The notes under the pieces were generated by a model. It was not told the DNA's origin. It saw nothing but the letters and a program-made list of their open reading frames with translations, and made no database searches. From a virus (Duplodnaviria > Caudoviricetes): a stretch of DNA of 35,781 nt. The stretch spans positions 1-35,781 of the IMG/VR virus record IMGVR_UViG_3300020045_009791. One strand, written 5' to 3'. A program made the translations under genes and the position numbers. Below, piece after piece: positions 17,293-26,127 of this stretch (position 1 is its first letter; each line of letters opens with the position of its first letter).

Positions 17293-18606
17293 ATGACAGT
17301 GCATTTAAGCGATGCGTTTGAGGCAAGCGGCGGCGGGCTTAATAACCGCGTGCCCCCGCTCAACCTCAACAGCCCCGGCGTGTGGAGCAATACCGATGGC
17401 CGGTTGGCTCAAGATGCCGATGGGCGCCTGGTGTGCACCTATGGCACCGACCCCACGGGTTCGGGTGATGCGCAATGCCCTGTAGGCAACCCGGCTGGGG
17501 TGTATTCGGCGTCTAGCCTCAGCACGGGTGAGGTGTCCATGGTGCTGCGGCGTGATGCCAGCAGCTGGACCGGCTATTACACCGGCGCACGCCTGGGTGT
17601 GCGGCGTGAAAACGAGGGTGGTTACATGTCAACCACCTCCGTGATTTTGTCAGTGGCAACGCTGCCCAACTGGTCGCTGAAGCTGTATGACAACTCACAG
17701 GGCAACTTTGCCACTTGGGATGTGACGTTTGATGCAGACACAGACTACACGCTCAAGCTGGCATTTTCAGACACGGTATTGACCGCGACTTTTGGCGGGC
17801 AAACCTACACCGCAAACACCCCGGTGTTCAATGGCGCGGGCTTGAGGGTAGATGCGCTGGCCATCACGGTGGGCAACACCCTGCGCATTGATAGCGTGGA
17901 AATGACAGACGGTGTGGCCGTGCCACCCAGCACAGCCCGTGCGTGGGCGCCTGCAGCGCTTGGGGCGCCAAAAGTATTGGCAGACACAGTGGTGCCGCTG
18001 CCTGTAGCCCATGCCAGCGCAGCATCACCCCTGCAGGCTGCCCACGTGGTGGCCCACACAGACTTTACCGGCCTGCTGGGCAACGCACTGAGCGTGTACG
18101 TGATGGACCTGATCACCCCCACCGGCACGGTGCGTGTGCCCATGAGCAGTTGGCAGGCCACACTGCAAACCGGCGCAAGCAATTACGTGCAGTGTGTGGT
18201 ACCGGCGTGCACCATGTGGGTGGCCGCGCTGGCAGCCGCCACCGAATTTGTGATTTACCGCCGTGCCGTGCTGCCCAGTGGCGAGGCCATTGAGCAAGAG
18301 ATGGCCCGCGCCCCGGCCAGCACGGCGCAATATGACCGTGGCCCCGCACGCCACACCTGCACGCTCAGCGGTTACAGCACCGCGTTTGTGGCCAATGCCG
18401 AACCTGATGCAGCCTATGACCGCACCCTGACCGGTGTGCGCAGTGTGTCAAGCGGTAGCAGCATGCGTGTGCGCTGCGCGGTGGACTGGCTGCTGCGCCC
18501 TGGCCAGCGTGCCTTTGTGGACGGCACGCCCCTGCTGGTGGGCTACATCAACTACTACGCGCCAAGCGGCTTTGACAGCTACATGGACGTGGGGGAGCAG
18601 GCATAA
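17293..18606 (+). CDS. Tail protein, possible receptor-binding N-terminal beta-sandwich + conserved-looking C-terminal domain
   Basis: 437 aa. The N-terminal half is T/S/G/W-rich, followed by Pro/Ala linker repeats. Confidence 0.55.
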   Translation: MTVHLSDAFEASGGGLNNRVPPLNLNSPGVWSNTDGRLAQDADGRLVCTYGTDPTGSGDAQCPVGNPAGVYSASSLSTGEVSMVLRRDASSWTGYYTGARLGVRRENEGGYMSTTSVILSVATLPNWSLKLYDNSQGNFATWDVTFDADTDYTLKLAFSDTVLTATFGGQTYTANTPVFNGAGLRVDALAITVGNTLRIDSVEMTDGVAVPPSTARAWAPAALGAPKVLADTVVPLPVAHASAASPLQAAHVVAHTDFTGLLGNALSVYVMDLITPTGTVRVPMSSWQATLQTGASNYVQCVVPACTMWVAALAAATEFVIYRRAVLPSGEAIEQEMARAPASTAQYDRGPARHTCTLSGYSTAFVANAEPDAAYDRTLTGVRSVSSGSSMRVRCAVDWLLRPGQRAFVDGTPLLVGYINYYAPSGFDSYMDVGEQA

Positions 18607-21300
18607 ATGGGCAAGGCCACTATTTTGAGCGGCGGCCCCGAGGGCAGCTACAGCATCAAGCTCGACACCGGTGAGGCCGCCCGCACCGCCAAGGTCACCG
18701 CGCTGGACAAGCAGCTGGCCGACCTGTTGGACAAGATCGTGACGGCGCAGACTAAATTCAACGCGCAAAAGGTGCTTGAGGATGCCAAGCAGGTGGCGGT
18801 AGAGGCGGCTATTGCAGCCTATGCGGCGGCGGGTAGGGCAGCCCCAGTGGTTGAGGCCACTTTAAAAGCTGCTTTAGCCAGCTACACAAAAACCGCCACT
18901 GAGCTGCACGAGCTGCGCCTGAAAACAGCGCCTTTGCGCCTGACGCTTGAGGGCCTGCAGGCCACCCAAACCCAGGCGCAAAAAGACCGCACGTATTGGG
19001 CCGGGCTGGTGCTGAGCGAGACGCGCCAGGCCTGGTGTGCCGACCTGACCGAAGATGCCACGGGCACGGTGGCCACGCTTGAGATACCGGGCGAGAGTGC
19101 CCTGGTGCTGATTGAGCCTGCCGCCCCGGTGCCCACCCCCGCGCATGGCCTGCTGGTGGCGCGCGAAGTGCAAAGCGGGCCGCAAGTGTTTTGGAATGCA
19201 GCCGTATTGCCGGGCTGGCAAAAGTTTAAGCCCACGTACCGGCGCGGCACCATCACGGCCATCCATGCCGGCACCGACACGGCCGACGTGCTGCTGACCG
19301 ATGACCGCTCAAGCGCGCAAAAGCTGGGCATAAACCAAACCCCAACCCTTGAAAAAGTGCCAGTGCAATACATGACGTGTCACGCCGGAGCCTTTGCCGT
19401 GGGTGACAAGTGCGTGGTGAAATTTAAAGATCAAGACTGGGCGCAGCCGCGTGTGGTGGGCTTTGTGGACCACCCTAAAAGCTGTGGGCTGGTGCTGAGT
19501 GGCATTGTGCGTGATGGCCTGGTGATTGACCTGCCCATACCAGAGGGCTCACCGTCCGGCACACTGGCCCAAAAGGCACTGCAAAGCTACAAGCCGACCG
19601 AGCAGGCGTGGCAATACGCGCTGCGCAGCGACCCCACCAAAAGCCCCAGCACGTTTACCAATGAGCCCACGCTGGCCAACGCTGGCACGCAGTATGCAGA
19701 CCTGTGCGCAAGCATGTACAGCGGGCGCATGGCCGCTGCCGTGCAGATTTGGCTGGGGCAGGGTGTGGTGGTGCCCCATGACTACATGTGGGACCGGTGC
19801 CACGGTATCGCGGCGGGTGCTGACGGCAAACTCTGGGTGCTAGAGGTGAGCGCTGACAACGGCGTGATTGCGCAGCGCCTGGGTGTGAGCCCCACCAGTG
19901 CCAGCAGCCCACAAGATGTGATGAGTGCGGCGCATGCGCTGTTTGGTGGGCTGCCCATTGCCAGTGCCATGCCCACGGGTGCCGCGCTGGATCTGGCGCT
20001 GACGGAAGGCTCTGTCATCCGGCTGGCCACGGCTGCTGATCTGGCGGCGTATTTTGACAAAACCGCCTTTGTGCCTGAGATGGGCTGGTCTTTTAACCAG
20101 GCGGGCAGTGAGGCGCACAACACCTGCTGGGCACACGGCACGGTGGACGCCACGCAGGTGTTTAGCTACCACTACAAACTGGCCATCAGCATTGGCGCCG
20201 AGGTGGCCAGCCCACGTGCGGCGGGTGTACCGCTGGCGGTGGGCAGTGCGGTGCTGACTGAGATGCAAACGGGGGAGCTGACTGTGCGTACTGCAGGCCC
20301 CGGTGTCTCGCCCAACTTTATCCCGTTTGTTTTTTACGATGCAGCAGGCCAGCCACAGTACCCGCCTGCCAAGCAGCTCACAGAGGACGGGCCTGACGAG
20401 CTGGCCATGGATGCCCCGCTGGTGGTTTTTTTTGCGGGCGATGTGCTTGAGGTGATTCGGGTGGTGTACGAGGATGCTGAGCTGACCGAGCGGGTGTGGG
20501 GAGGTCCGCCCACGAGCGCTTATGAAAACTGGGAAGTGTTCATTGACCCGGCCACAGGGGAGGAGACAGGCCGGGTGCTGATCGACTCTACCCCCTACAG
20601 CATGGGCAGCGGCAATATGACCACACAAACTGGCGGCATCAATGGCCGGGTGGCCAAAGGCCAACGCATTCGCATGTACAGATTCCAGGAAGAGACGGTA
20701 AGGGACTACACGGCGGTGGCAACGGGGTATGACGCCGCCACCGACCAGTCTTTAACTGGTTTCCGGATGGACAGAATTGACCGCACGCTGACCGGTGGGT
20801 TTATGTTTTGGACACTGTTTTGCCGTGACAGCGTGTCAAATTCTGTAGACAGCTACGACGTGATAGAGACCGTGGATTACAACATCATCCATAGCCTTGA
20901 CCCTGAGGGACAGGGCTATAACGGTGGCGTGGTTTATACGGCTGAGGCCGACCCAGACCCCGAAATTACCCGGCTAATTGTGACGGCCACCGTGAATTTG
21001 GGTGAGGACGCCTATGCGTTTGTCATCCCCTACATTGAGCCCGGCAGGCGACCAGGCTACGTCGCCACGCTGTGGCCCGATGGCACGCTGAGCAATTACA
21101 CCGACGAAACCAATGTGACAGGTGGCACCTGGCAATACGGCTGGGCTGGCCGCACCCGCATGGTGTGCAGCATGCTGGGCGCAGAGCCTGAGCGGGCCAT
21201 CAATTATTTTCGCTACCCGCTGCTCAAAGGTCCGCACATTGCGCCTGAGGCGGCCACGCCGCTGCCACCCCGTGATTACAACTTTTTAGGCTACGTGTAG
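18607..21300 (+). CDS. Large tail-tip/central fibre protein
   Basis: 897 aa, last tail gene. N-terminal coiled coil, an OB-like PTYRRGTI...VVGFVDHPK segment, and an acidic beta-rich C-terminus. Confidence 0.65.
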   Translation: MGKATILSGGPEGSYSIKLDTGEAARTAKVTALDKQLADLLDKIVTAQTKFNAQKVLEDAKQVAVEAAIAAYAAAGRAAPVVEATLKAALASYTKTATELHELRLKTAPLRLTLEGLQATQTQAQKDRTYWAGLVLSETRQAWCADLTEDATGTVATLEIPGESALVLIEPAAPVPTPAHGLLVAREVQSGPQVFWNAAVLPGWQKFKPTYRRGTITAIHAGTDTADVLLTDDRSSAQKLGINQTPTLEKVPVQYMTCHAGAFAVGDKCVVKFKDQDWAQPRVVGFVDHPKSCGLVLSGIVRDGLVIDLPIPEGSPSGTLAQKALQSYKPTEQAWQYALRSDPTKSPSTFTNEPTLANAGTQYADLCASMYSGRMAAAVQIWLGQGVVVPHDYMWDRCHGIAAGADGKLWVLEVSADNGVIAQRLGVSPTSASSPQDVMSAAHALFGGLPIASAMPTGAALDLALTEGSVIRLATAADLAAYFDKTAFVPEMGWSFNQAGSEAHNTCWAHGTVDATQVFSYHYKLAISIGAEVASPRAAGVPLAVGSAVLTEMQTGELTVRTAGPGVSPNFIPFVFYDAAGQPQYPPAKQLTEDGPDELAMDAPLVVFFAGDVLEVIRVVYEDAELTERVWGGPPTSAYENWEVFIDPATGEETGRVLIDSTPYSMGSGNMTTQTGGINGRVAKGQRIRMYRFQEETVRDYTAVATGYDAATDQSLTGFRMDRIDRTLTGGFMFWTLFCRDSVSNSVDSYDVIETVDYNIIHSLDPEGQGYNGGVVYTAEADPDPEITRLIVTATVNLGEDAYAFVIPYIEPGRRPGYVATLWPDGTLSNYTDETNVTGGTWQYGWAGRTRMVCSMLGAEPERAINYFRYPLLKGPHIAPEAATPLPPRDYNFLGYV

Positions 21301-21328
21301 CCCCCAATAAATCCAAGGAACCTACCTC

Positions 21329-21640
21329 ATGACCGACATCAAACATACCCCACCCGACCAACGGCGCCGCGAGCGCGGCAGCCAAGACCCTGAGGCCATT
21401 GAACAGCGATTTGAAGCAGGCAGCGCCCGCATGGGCCGTATTGAGGTTACCCAGCAGGCCATGAAAGTCGAGCAGAGTGAGATGCGCGCGGAGGTGAGCG
21501 AGGTGCTGGAAATACTGCGCCTGGGCAAGAGCTTTTTTAAAGTCATTGGCCACCTGGGCAGCTTGATCAAATGGGCCGCGGCGGTGGGCGCGCCGGTGGT
21601 GGCGTTTTATTACGCGCTCAAGGCTGGGGGCAAGTCATGA
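21329..21640 (+). CDS. Holin/antiholin-like single-TM protein
   Basis: 103 aa with a coiled region and C-terminal hydrophobic helix, overlaps the endolysin start. Confidence 0.55.
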   Translation: MTDIKHTPPDQRRRERGSQDPEAIEQRFEAGSARMGRIEVTQQAMKVEQSEMRAEVSEVLEILRLGKSFFKVIGHLGSLIKWAAAVGAPVVAFYYALKAGGKS

Positions 21641-22107
21641 ATTTTGACCAAGCATTTGACAAGCTGATGGGCCACGAAGGCGCCTACTCTGACCATCCTG
21701 CCGACAAGGGTGGCGCCACCATGTACGGCATCACTGTGGCAGTGGCGCGGGCGCAGGGCTACCAGGGTGACATGCGCATGCTGCCCATGGCCTTTGCAAA
21801 AGGTGTCTACAAACGCGCCTATTGGGACGTGTGCCGCTGCGATGACCTGCCGGAGGCTGTGCGGTTTGATGTGTTTGACGCTGCCGTCAACAGTGGCGGC
21901 GCCCAGGCTGCCAAGTGGCTGCAGCGCGCCCTGAAAGTAGTTGATGATGGCGTGATTGGCCCGCAAACCATTGCAGCAGCCAACGCCAGCCCCGCCATTT
22001 CCAGCAAATTCAACGGCCAGCGCCTGCTCTATATGACCTCTTTGGCCAACTGGCCGCAATTTGGCAAGGGCTGGGCGATTCGCGTGGCCAAAAACCTGAT
22101 GGCCTGA
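21637..22107 (+). CDS. Endolysin, glycoside hydrolase family 108 + peptidoglycan-binding domain
   Basis: Start ATG 21637 (MNFDQAFDKLMGHEGAYSDHPADKGGATMYGIT), with FDAAVNSG, DGVIGPQT and FGKGW motifs. Confidence 0.93.
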   Translation: MNFDQAFDKLMGHEGAYSDHPADKGGATMYGITVAVARAQGYQGDMRMLPMAFAKGVYKRAYWDVCRCDDLPEAVRFDVFDAAVNSGGAQAAKWLQRALKVVDDGVIGPQTIAAANASPAISSKFNGQRLLYMTSLANWPQFGKGWAIRVAKNLMA

Positions 22108-22127
22108 CCCACACAAAAGGACTCCTT

Positions 22128-22640
22128 ATGGATTGGCTTGACACCCTTAAAAAACTCGCCCCCACTGTGGCCACTGCATTTCTTGGACCGCTGGGTGGTG
22201 TGGCCGTATCCGCCATTGGCGATGTGCTTGGCATAAGTGAGGCCACGCAAGACAAGATCGCCCAAGTGATCCAGCAGGGCCAACTGACCCCCGAACAAAT
22301 CACCGCCATCAAACAACTTGAACTGCAGTATCAGGACCATGAAAAAGAGCGCCAATTCAAATACAGTGAGTTGGCTTTCAAAGATCGTGATTCTGCCCGT
22401 GCCAACAACACGGCGGGCGGCACCCAGCGCATGCTGTTTGGCCTGAGCCTGGTGCTGCTGCTAGTTACGCTGGGCAGCGAGGTGTGGGTGCTGTTCAACG
22501 GCGTACCACCTGGCGCGCCAGAAATCATCATTGGGCGGGTGCTGGGCCTGATGGACAGCGTGGCGCTGATGGTGCTGGCGTACCATTACGGCTCAAGCAG
22601 TGGCAGTGCGCAAAAGAGTGAGCTATTGGCGGCGAAGTAG
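22128..22640 (+). CDS. Holin-like membrane protein
   Basis: LAPTVATAFLGPLGG N-terminus, DRDSAR, two TM helices, YHYGSSSGS ending. Confidence 0.65.
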   Translation: MDWLDTLKKLAPTVATAFLGPLGGVAVSAIGDVLGISEATQDKIAQVIQQGQLTPEQITAIKQLELQYQDHEKERQFKYSELAFKDRDSARANNTAGGTQRMLFGLSLVLLLVTLGSEVWVLFNGVPPGAPEIIIGRVLGLMDSVALMVLAYHYGSSSGSAQKSELLAAK

Positions 22641-22676
22641 GGTAAAAATATATTTTCAAGAAAGTGTGAAAAGGTA

Positions 22677-22704
22677 TTGACTAGCACGTTAAACGTGCCA
22701 CAAT
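22677..22704 (+). promoter_or_regulatory. Sigma70 promoter with palindromic operator
   Basis: TTGACT-16 bp-CACAAT. The spacer holds the perfect dyad GCACGTT-A-AACGTGC (22684-22698). An AT-rich UP-like tract lies upstream. Confidence 0.8.
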
Positions 22705-22776
22705 ACAGCCCATGGACAGGCGATGAAGCAGGTCCACCGCCCCGGCGGCTTCCGGGTCTCAATCAGGAGAATCAAA

Positions 22777-22983
22777 ATGTCAACATCACGCACTCAGCAC
22801 AAATCTTTCGCTGTCAATGTTCTTGGCGTTTCTAGCCAGTCTTATGACTCTATGAATGCAAAGAATGAAGAGCGCAACGCAGTCATTCGCCAAGAGCGCG
22901 ATGCCCATACGCAAAAGTGCCTTGACTGGGCTGCAGGCCTTGGCACCCACCCTGGTGAGCTTCGCTTTAGCTTTGAAAAATGA
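22777..22983 (+). CDS. Small hypothetical protein, candidate anti-CRISPR/anti-defence protein 1
   Basis: 68 aa from ATG 22777 with RBS AGGAGA, first gene of the operator-controlled operon. Function is inferred from context only. Confidence 0.6.
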   Translation: MSTSRTQHKSFAVNVLGVSSQSYDSMNAKNEERNAVIRQERDAHTQKCLDWAAGLGTHPGELRFSFEK

Positions 22984-23249
22984 TTTACCGAATCTATCTG
23001 CGTGACTCGTCACAGCGAGTCAGCGATAAAACAAACACCAGCGACAGGGCTGCGGCCCTGGCTGCTTTTGCATCGCTGGTCAATCGCACCGACCTTGATG
23101 GCACACCCATGCTGGCTGTCATGAATCAAAATGGCCGCCCTGTGGCGCACCATGACTTCAGGACGCGGCCCGATGGCACACCCCAAGACCCAGCAAAATA
23201 CTGGCGCGGCAAGCTTGATGCAATTCAGTGGCCACCTATGACGTCATGA
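22980..23249 (+). CDS. Small hypothetical protein, candidate anti-CRISPR/anti-defence protein 2
   Basis: 89 aa with ATGA overlaps on both sides. Function is inferred from context only. Confidence 0.65.
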   Translation: MIYRIYLRDSSQRVSDKTNTSDRAAALAAFASLVNRTDLDGTPMLAVMNQNGRPVAHHDFRTRPDGTPQDPAKYWRGKLDAIQWPPMTS

Positions 23250-23473
23250 TCAATCTGCTTGACCCCACCCCGACCACACCCGCCGACATTGCCAGCACAC
23301 GGGGCAATGCCAAGCTCAGCCAGCAAGCCGCCGCCGATTTGATTGGCTACAGCAGGCGTGGCTGGCAAGATGCTGAGGCTGGCAAGACAAAGATGCACCC
23401 GGCAGCCTGGGCGCTGTTTTTGCTGGCTACGGGGCAGCATGCGGCGTATGTGGCGGTGGCTGTCAAGCCCTAA
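23246..23473 (+). CDS. Small XRE-type HTH repressor, Aca/KorC-like
   Basis: 75 aa from ATG 23246: TPADIASTRGNAKLSQQAAADLIGYSRRGWQDAEAGKTKMHPAAWALF. Confidence 0.85.
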   Translation: MINLLDPTPTTPADIASTRGNAKLSQQAAADLIGYSRRGWQDAEAGKTKMHPAAWALFLLATGQHAAYVAVAVKP

Positions 23474-24539
23474 CCATCTTCACCCCAAGCGCCTCAAACC
23501 ACGCCCCGGCTTCGTATTTGTCACCCGCCTGGCGCAAGTGGGTGTAGCGCTGCAGCGACTTCCACGACCGGTGGCCACTGACACACGCGGCGCGCGGGAT
23601 GCTCCAGCCCAGCTCAAACAGGCGGCTGATACCGTCATGCCGCAAGTCATGAAAATGCAAGTCCTCAATGCCCAAAAAAGTACAGGCGCGGGTGAATGAT
23701 GCGCTGACAGACTCGGCGTTGTAGGGCCAAATGCGCTCACTGGTGCGTGGCTGCGCGTTGATCAGCGCCAGGGCTTCGGGGGTGAGGGTGGTGGTGACAT
23801 CATTGCCAATTTTCTCGCCTGGGTTTTTCATGTCGCGCACCACTAGTTCCAGGTGCTCAGCGCTCAAATCGGCCCATGTGACGCGGGTGATTTCTTCTTG
23901 TCGGCGGGTACTGAAAATGGCAAACGCGATGATGGCGCGCATGGGTGTGGCGCTGGGGCGCTTGAGTTCGCTCACCGCGTAGTGGCGCATCAGGCGCTCC
24001 AGCTCGGGCAGGGTGGGGCGGCGTGTGCGCTCTTTTGATCTGCCGATGATGCCCATTTTGTCAAGCACCACGCGCGCGTCTGCCATGGCCTGCGCGTCCA
24101 GCGGGTAGCCCCAGGCGGGCTTGGCCACGGTCATGACAGCCGATAAGTGAGACATGTAATTTGCCACAGTTTGGGGCTGTGCCTTGATCGACTTGGCATA
24201 AGCCACCAAGGCTTGACTGGTGACCTCTGAGCAGCGCAGCGCACCAAGGCTTGAGAGCTTGATGGTGTTGAGCACCTGGTCTTTGGTCTTGCCGTGCGGC
24301 CGCAAGGTGTCGGCGTTGTATTGGTTGATGACCTCAAGCAGGGTGGGGTCGCTGGGCTTGTCAAGAGCGCCAGGCACAGCCAATTCAGCCCGCCGCTTGG
24401 CACGCCAGGCGGTAGCGGCTGGCTTCCGGTCGAATGTTTTAGACTCGGTGTAGATGACTTTGCCCCCGCGCTTGAGGCGTATTTGCGCCGTGTGGCCCAT
24501 GGTGCCGTCACTGCGCTTGCGTGATGTGATGCCTGCCAA
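23463..24539 (-). CDS. int: Phage integrase (tyrosine recombinase, dusA-associated type)
   Basis: Likely TTG start at 24539 after GGAGA. Motifs STRRQEEI, DMKNP, FHDLRH, SGHRSW and RYTH. Adjacent to a dusA-like attP. Confidence 0.93.
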   Translation of the reverse strand: MAGITSRKRSDGTMGHTAQIRLKRGGKVIYTESKTFDRKPAATAWRAKRRAELAVPGALDKPSDPTLLEVINQYNADTLRPHGKTKDQVLNTIKLSSLGALRCSEVTSQALVAYAKSIKAQPQTVANYMSHLSAVMTVAKPAWGYPLDAQAMADARVVLDKMGIIGRSKERTRRPTLPELERLMRHYAVSELKRPSATPMRAIIAFAIFSTRRQEEITRVTWADLSAEHLELVVRDMKNPGEKIGNDVTTTLTPEALALINAQPRTSERIWPYNAESVSASFTRACTFLGIEDLHFHDLRHDGISRLFELGWSIPRAACVSGHRSWKSLQRYTHLRQAGDKYEAGAWFEALGVKMVRA

Positions 24540-24552
24540 AATGAGGTCTCCA

Positions 24553-24799
24553 GTGCTACGCGGGTTTTCGCGTAGCACCGAATGTAGCACTTAGTATTAA
24601 GAAATAGCACCAAATGACCGTAAACGAGATAGAACGAGACACGCAAAAACCAGAACGGCTCATTGGTAAAAGTGCGTTTGAGAGGGGGCATAGGGTTTGT
24701 GTGGCCCCTATGCTCGATTGGACTGATAAATAAAAAAAACCTAATCAAATCAATTACTTGTCTGATTAGGTTTTTAGCGTGTAGCACGCTGCGTAGCAC
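24553..24799. mobile_element. attP region
   Basis: GTAGCAC arm-type repeats at 24553 (inverted), 24572, 24584, 24781 and 24793. IHF consensus AATCAATTACTTG at 24748-24760 inside a 13-bp dyad. dusA-like core near 24698-24727. Lies between int and the xis-like gene. Confidence 0.85.
24614..24733 (+). pseudogene. dusA: Replacement 5' end of host dusA carried in attP
   Basis: 39-aa ORF MTVNEIERDTQKPERLIGKSAFERGHRVCVAPMLDWTDK*, ending in the DusA N-terminal signature VAPMLDWTD. Confidence 0.85.
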
Positions 24800-24803
24800 T
24801 TTT

Positions 24804-25067
24804 TTAGTGATTGAGCTGCGCAGCTTCCTTGGCTGCAGCCTCTTGCCGGGTGTCGATGTAGGCGGCTAAGTCGGTCAGGTGCACGCCGCGTGCGGTCTTT
24901 TGTGAGCCTGATTCAATGCGAAGCAGGGGGATATTGATGTCTCCCAAAGCCACTTTGCGCAGGAATTTATCAACGCTCAGGTGGGGAAAATAATCGCGTA
25001 CCACCACCCCCACGGGGATGACAGCCTGGGCGTTGTATTGGGCCATGAGCAAAAAGGCGGTGTTCAT
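24804..25067 (-). CDS. Pyocin activator PrtN-family protein (probable excisionase/RDF)
   Basis: MNTAFLLMAQY...SQKTARGVHLTDLAAYID, located next to attP. Confidence 0.88.
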   Translation of the reverse strand: MNTAFLLMAQYNAQAVIPVGVVVRDYFPHLSVDKFLRKVALGDINIPLLRIESGSQKTARGVHLTDLAAYIDTRQEAAAKEAAQLNH

Positions 25068-25636
25068 GCGGCACTCCAGTCGGTGGGTGCAAATCGGTGG
25101 TCATCACGGTCTTTGGCTGTAAGTTCTTTGAACCGCGCTAAAAACATGTGACGGGCAATGTAGGGCTGCATGGGGACGATATTAAGTGGGTGCGGCTCGA
25201 CCCCCTCGATGCATGCCCACGGGGTATCGTCATGCGGGGGCATTAGGTCGCGCTGCTCGGTGGCAAGTGCTCTCAGGTCAGCATAGTGCACAGCACGGGG
25301 TAGCGTAGCGGGTAAGCCAAAGCGTGTAAGCACGGCGGCTTCTACGCGTGACTCGATGGCCTTGTAGTCAGGCAGCAGTGACTTGAGCGGGCTGGCTACG
25401 TCACCAATGTAGGCTTCAGCGGCGTCATGCAGCAGGCCAGCCAGCTCATACCCTCTCGGAACCAGGTGGCTCACCATGACGCTGTGCTGTGCCACACTGT
25501 AAAAGCTGCTGGTGTGGCCAGTGAAGCGGCAAAGGTGTGACAGCGCATGCGCAATGGTGTCGATGTCGATGTGGCTGGTCTCAGGGGCCATTAAGTCAAA
25601 ATAGTGGCCGGCACGGGTGAGGATCGTAGGAGTCAT
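25064..25636 (-). CDS. HD-domain phosphohydrolase (YfbR/5'-deoxynucleotidase-like)
   Basis: Start 25636. Motifs IAHALSHLCRFTGH, YSVAQHS, LLHDAAEAYIGD and ADL.ALATEQRDL. Confidence 0.9.
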   Translation of the reverse strand: MTPTILTRAGHYFDLMAPETSHIDIDTIAHALSHLCRFTGHTSSFYSVAQHSVMVSHLVPRGYELAGLLHDAAEAYIGDVASPLKSLLPDYKAIESRVEAAVLTRFGLPATLPRAVHYADLRALATEQRDLMPPHDDTPWACIEGVEPHPLNIVPMQPYIARHMFLARFKELTAKDRDDHRFAPTDWSAA

Positions 25637-26127
25637 GCTGTGGCCTCTTGGGCTTGGCTGCCGTACAGCACCACGCCGGTGGCGCCAATGACGCCACGGG
25701 CAGACCTGACGGCGCGCAGGTATTCGGACCGGCTTAATTGGCGGCACTGGAAGGTGTGCAGCGTGACAAATTCAGCCAGCGCGGTGACCTCTTGGTGATG
25801 CAGGCCGGTGCTGCCCCAGGTGCCGTGCTGTGTGATGCGGTCCCAGATGGCATCAAGCGCGGTGTCTGCGGCAGTGATGACGCTGGTGAGGCCGCGCACC
25901 ACGCGTTGGCGCTCAATCATTTGGGCGGTGGTGATGGCGCCTTTGAGGATGCTGAATTGCAGCTCTGTGATGGTGCCGGTGCGCAGGGCTGCAAATGATG
26001 TCTGCAGGACGTGGACCACGGTGTCCATGTCGGCAGTGGGTGGCTTAGCGGCGCGGTGCATGGCAATGGCCATGGTGTCGGCAGTGGGTTGCCAGCGGGG
26101 TTTGCGGGGGATGCGGGCGCCGTTCAT
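25633..26127 (-). CDS. Hypothetical phage early protein
   Basis: 164 aa, coupled by overlaps to both neighbours. Confidence 0.7.
   Translation of the reverse strand: MNGARIPRKPRWQPTADTMAIAMHRAAKPPTADMDTVVHVLQTSFAALRTGTITELQFSILKGAITTAQMIERQRVVRGLTSVITAADTALDAIWDRITQHGTWGSTGLHHQEVTALAEFVTLHTFQCRQLSRSEYLRAVRSARGVIGATGVVLYGSQAQEATA

Noticed and set aside
17293-21300. Diversity-generating retroelement acting on tail genes
   Set aside because: No reverse transcriptase and no TR/VR repeat pair with adenine-specific mismatches were seen.
24553-24799. Short repeats as a CRISPR mini-array or tRNA att site
   Set aside because: Repeats are 7-10 bp and irregularly spaced, fitting integrase arm sites. 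The core matches dusA coding sequence and I see no tRNA cloverleaf.
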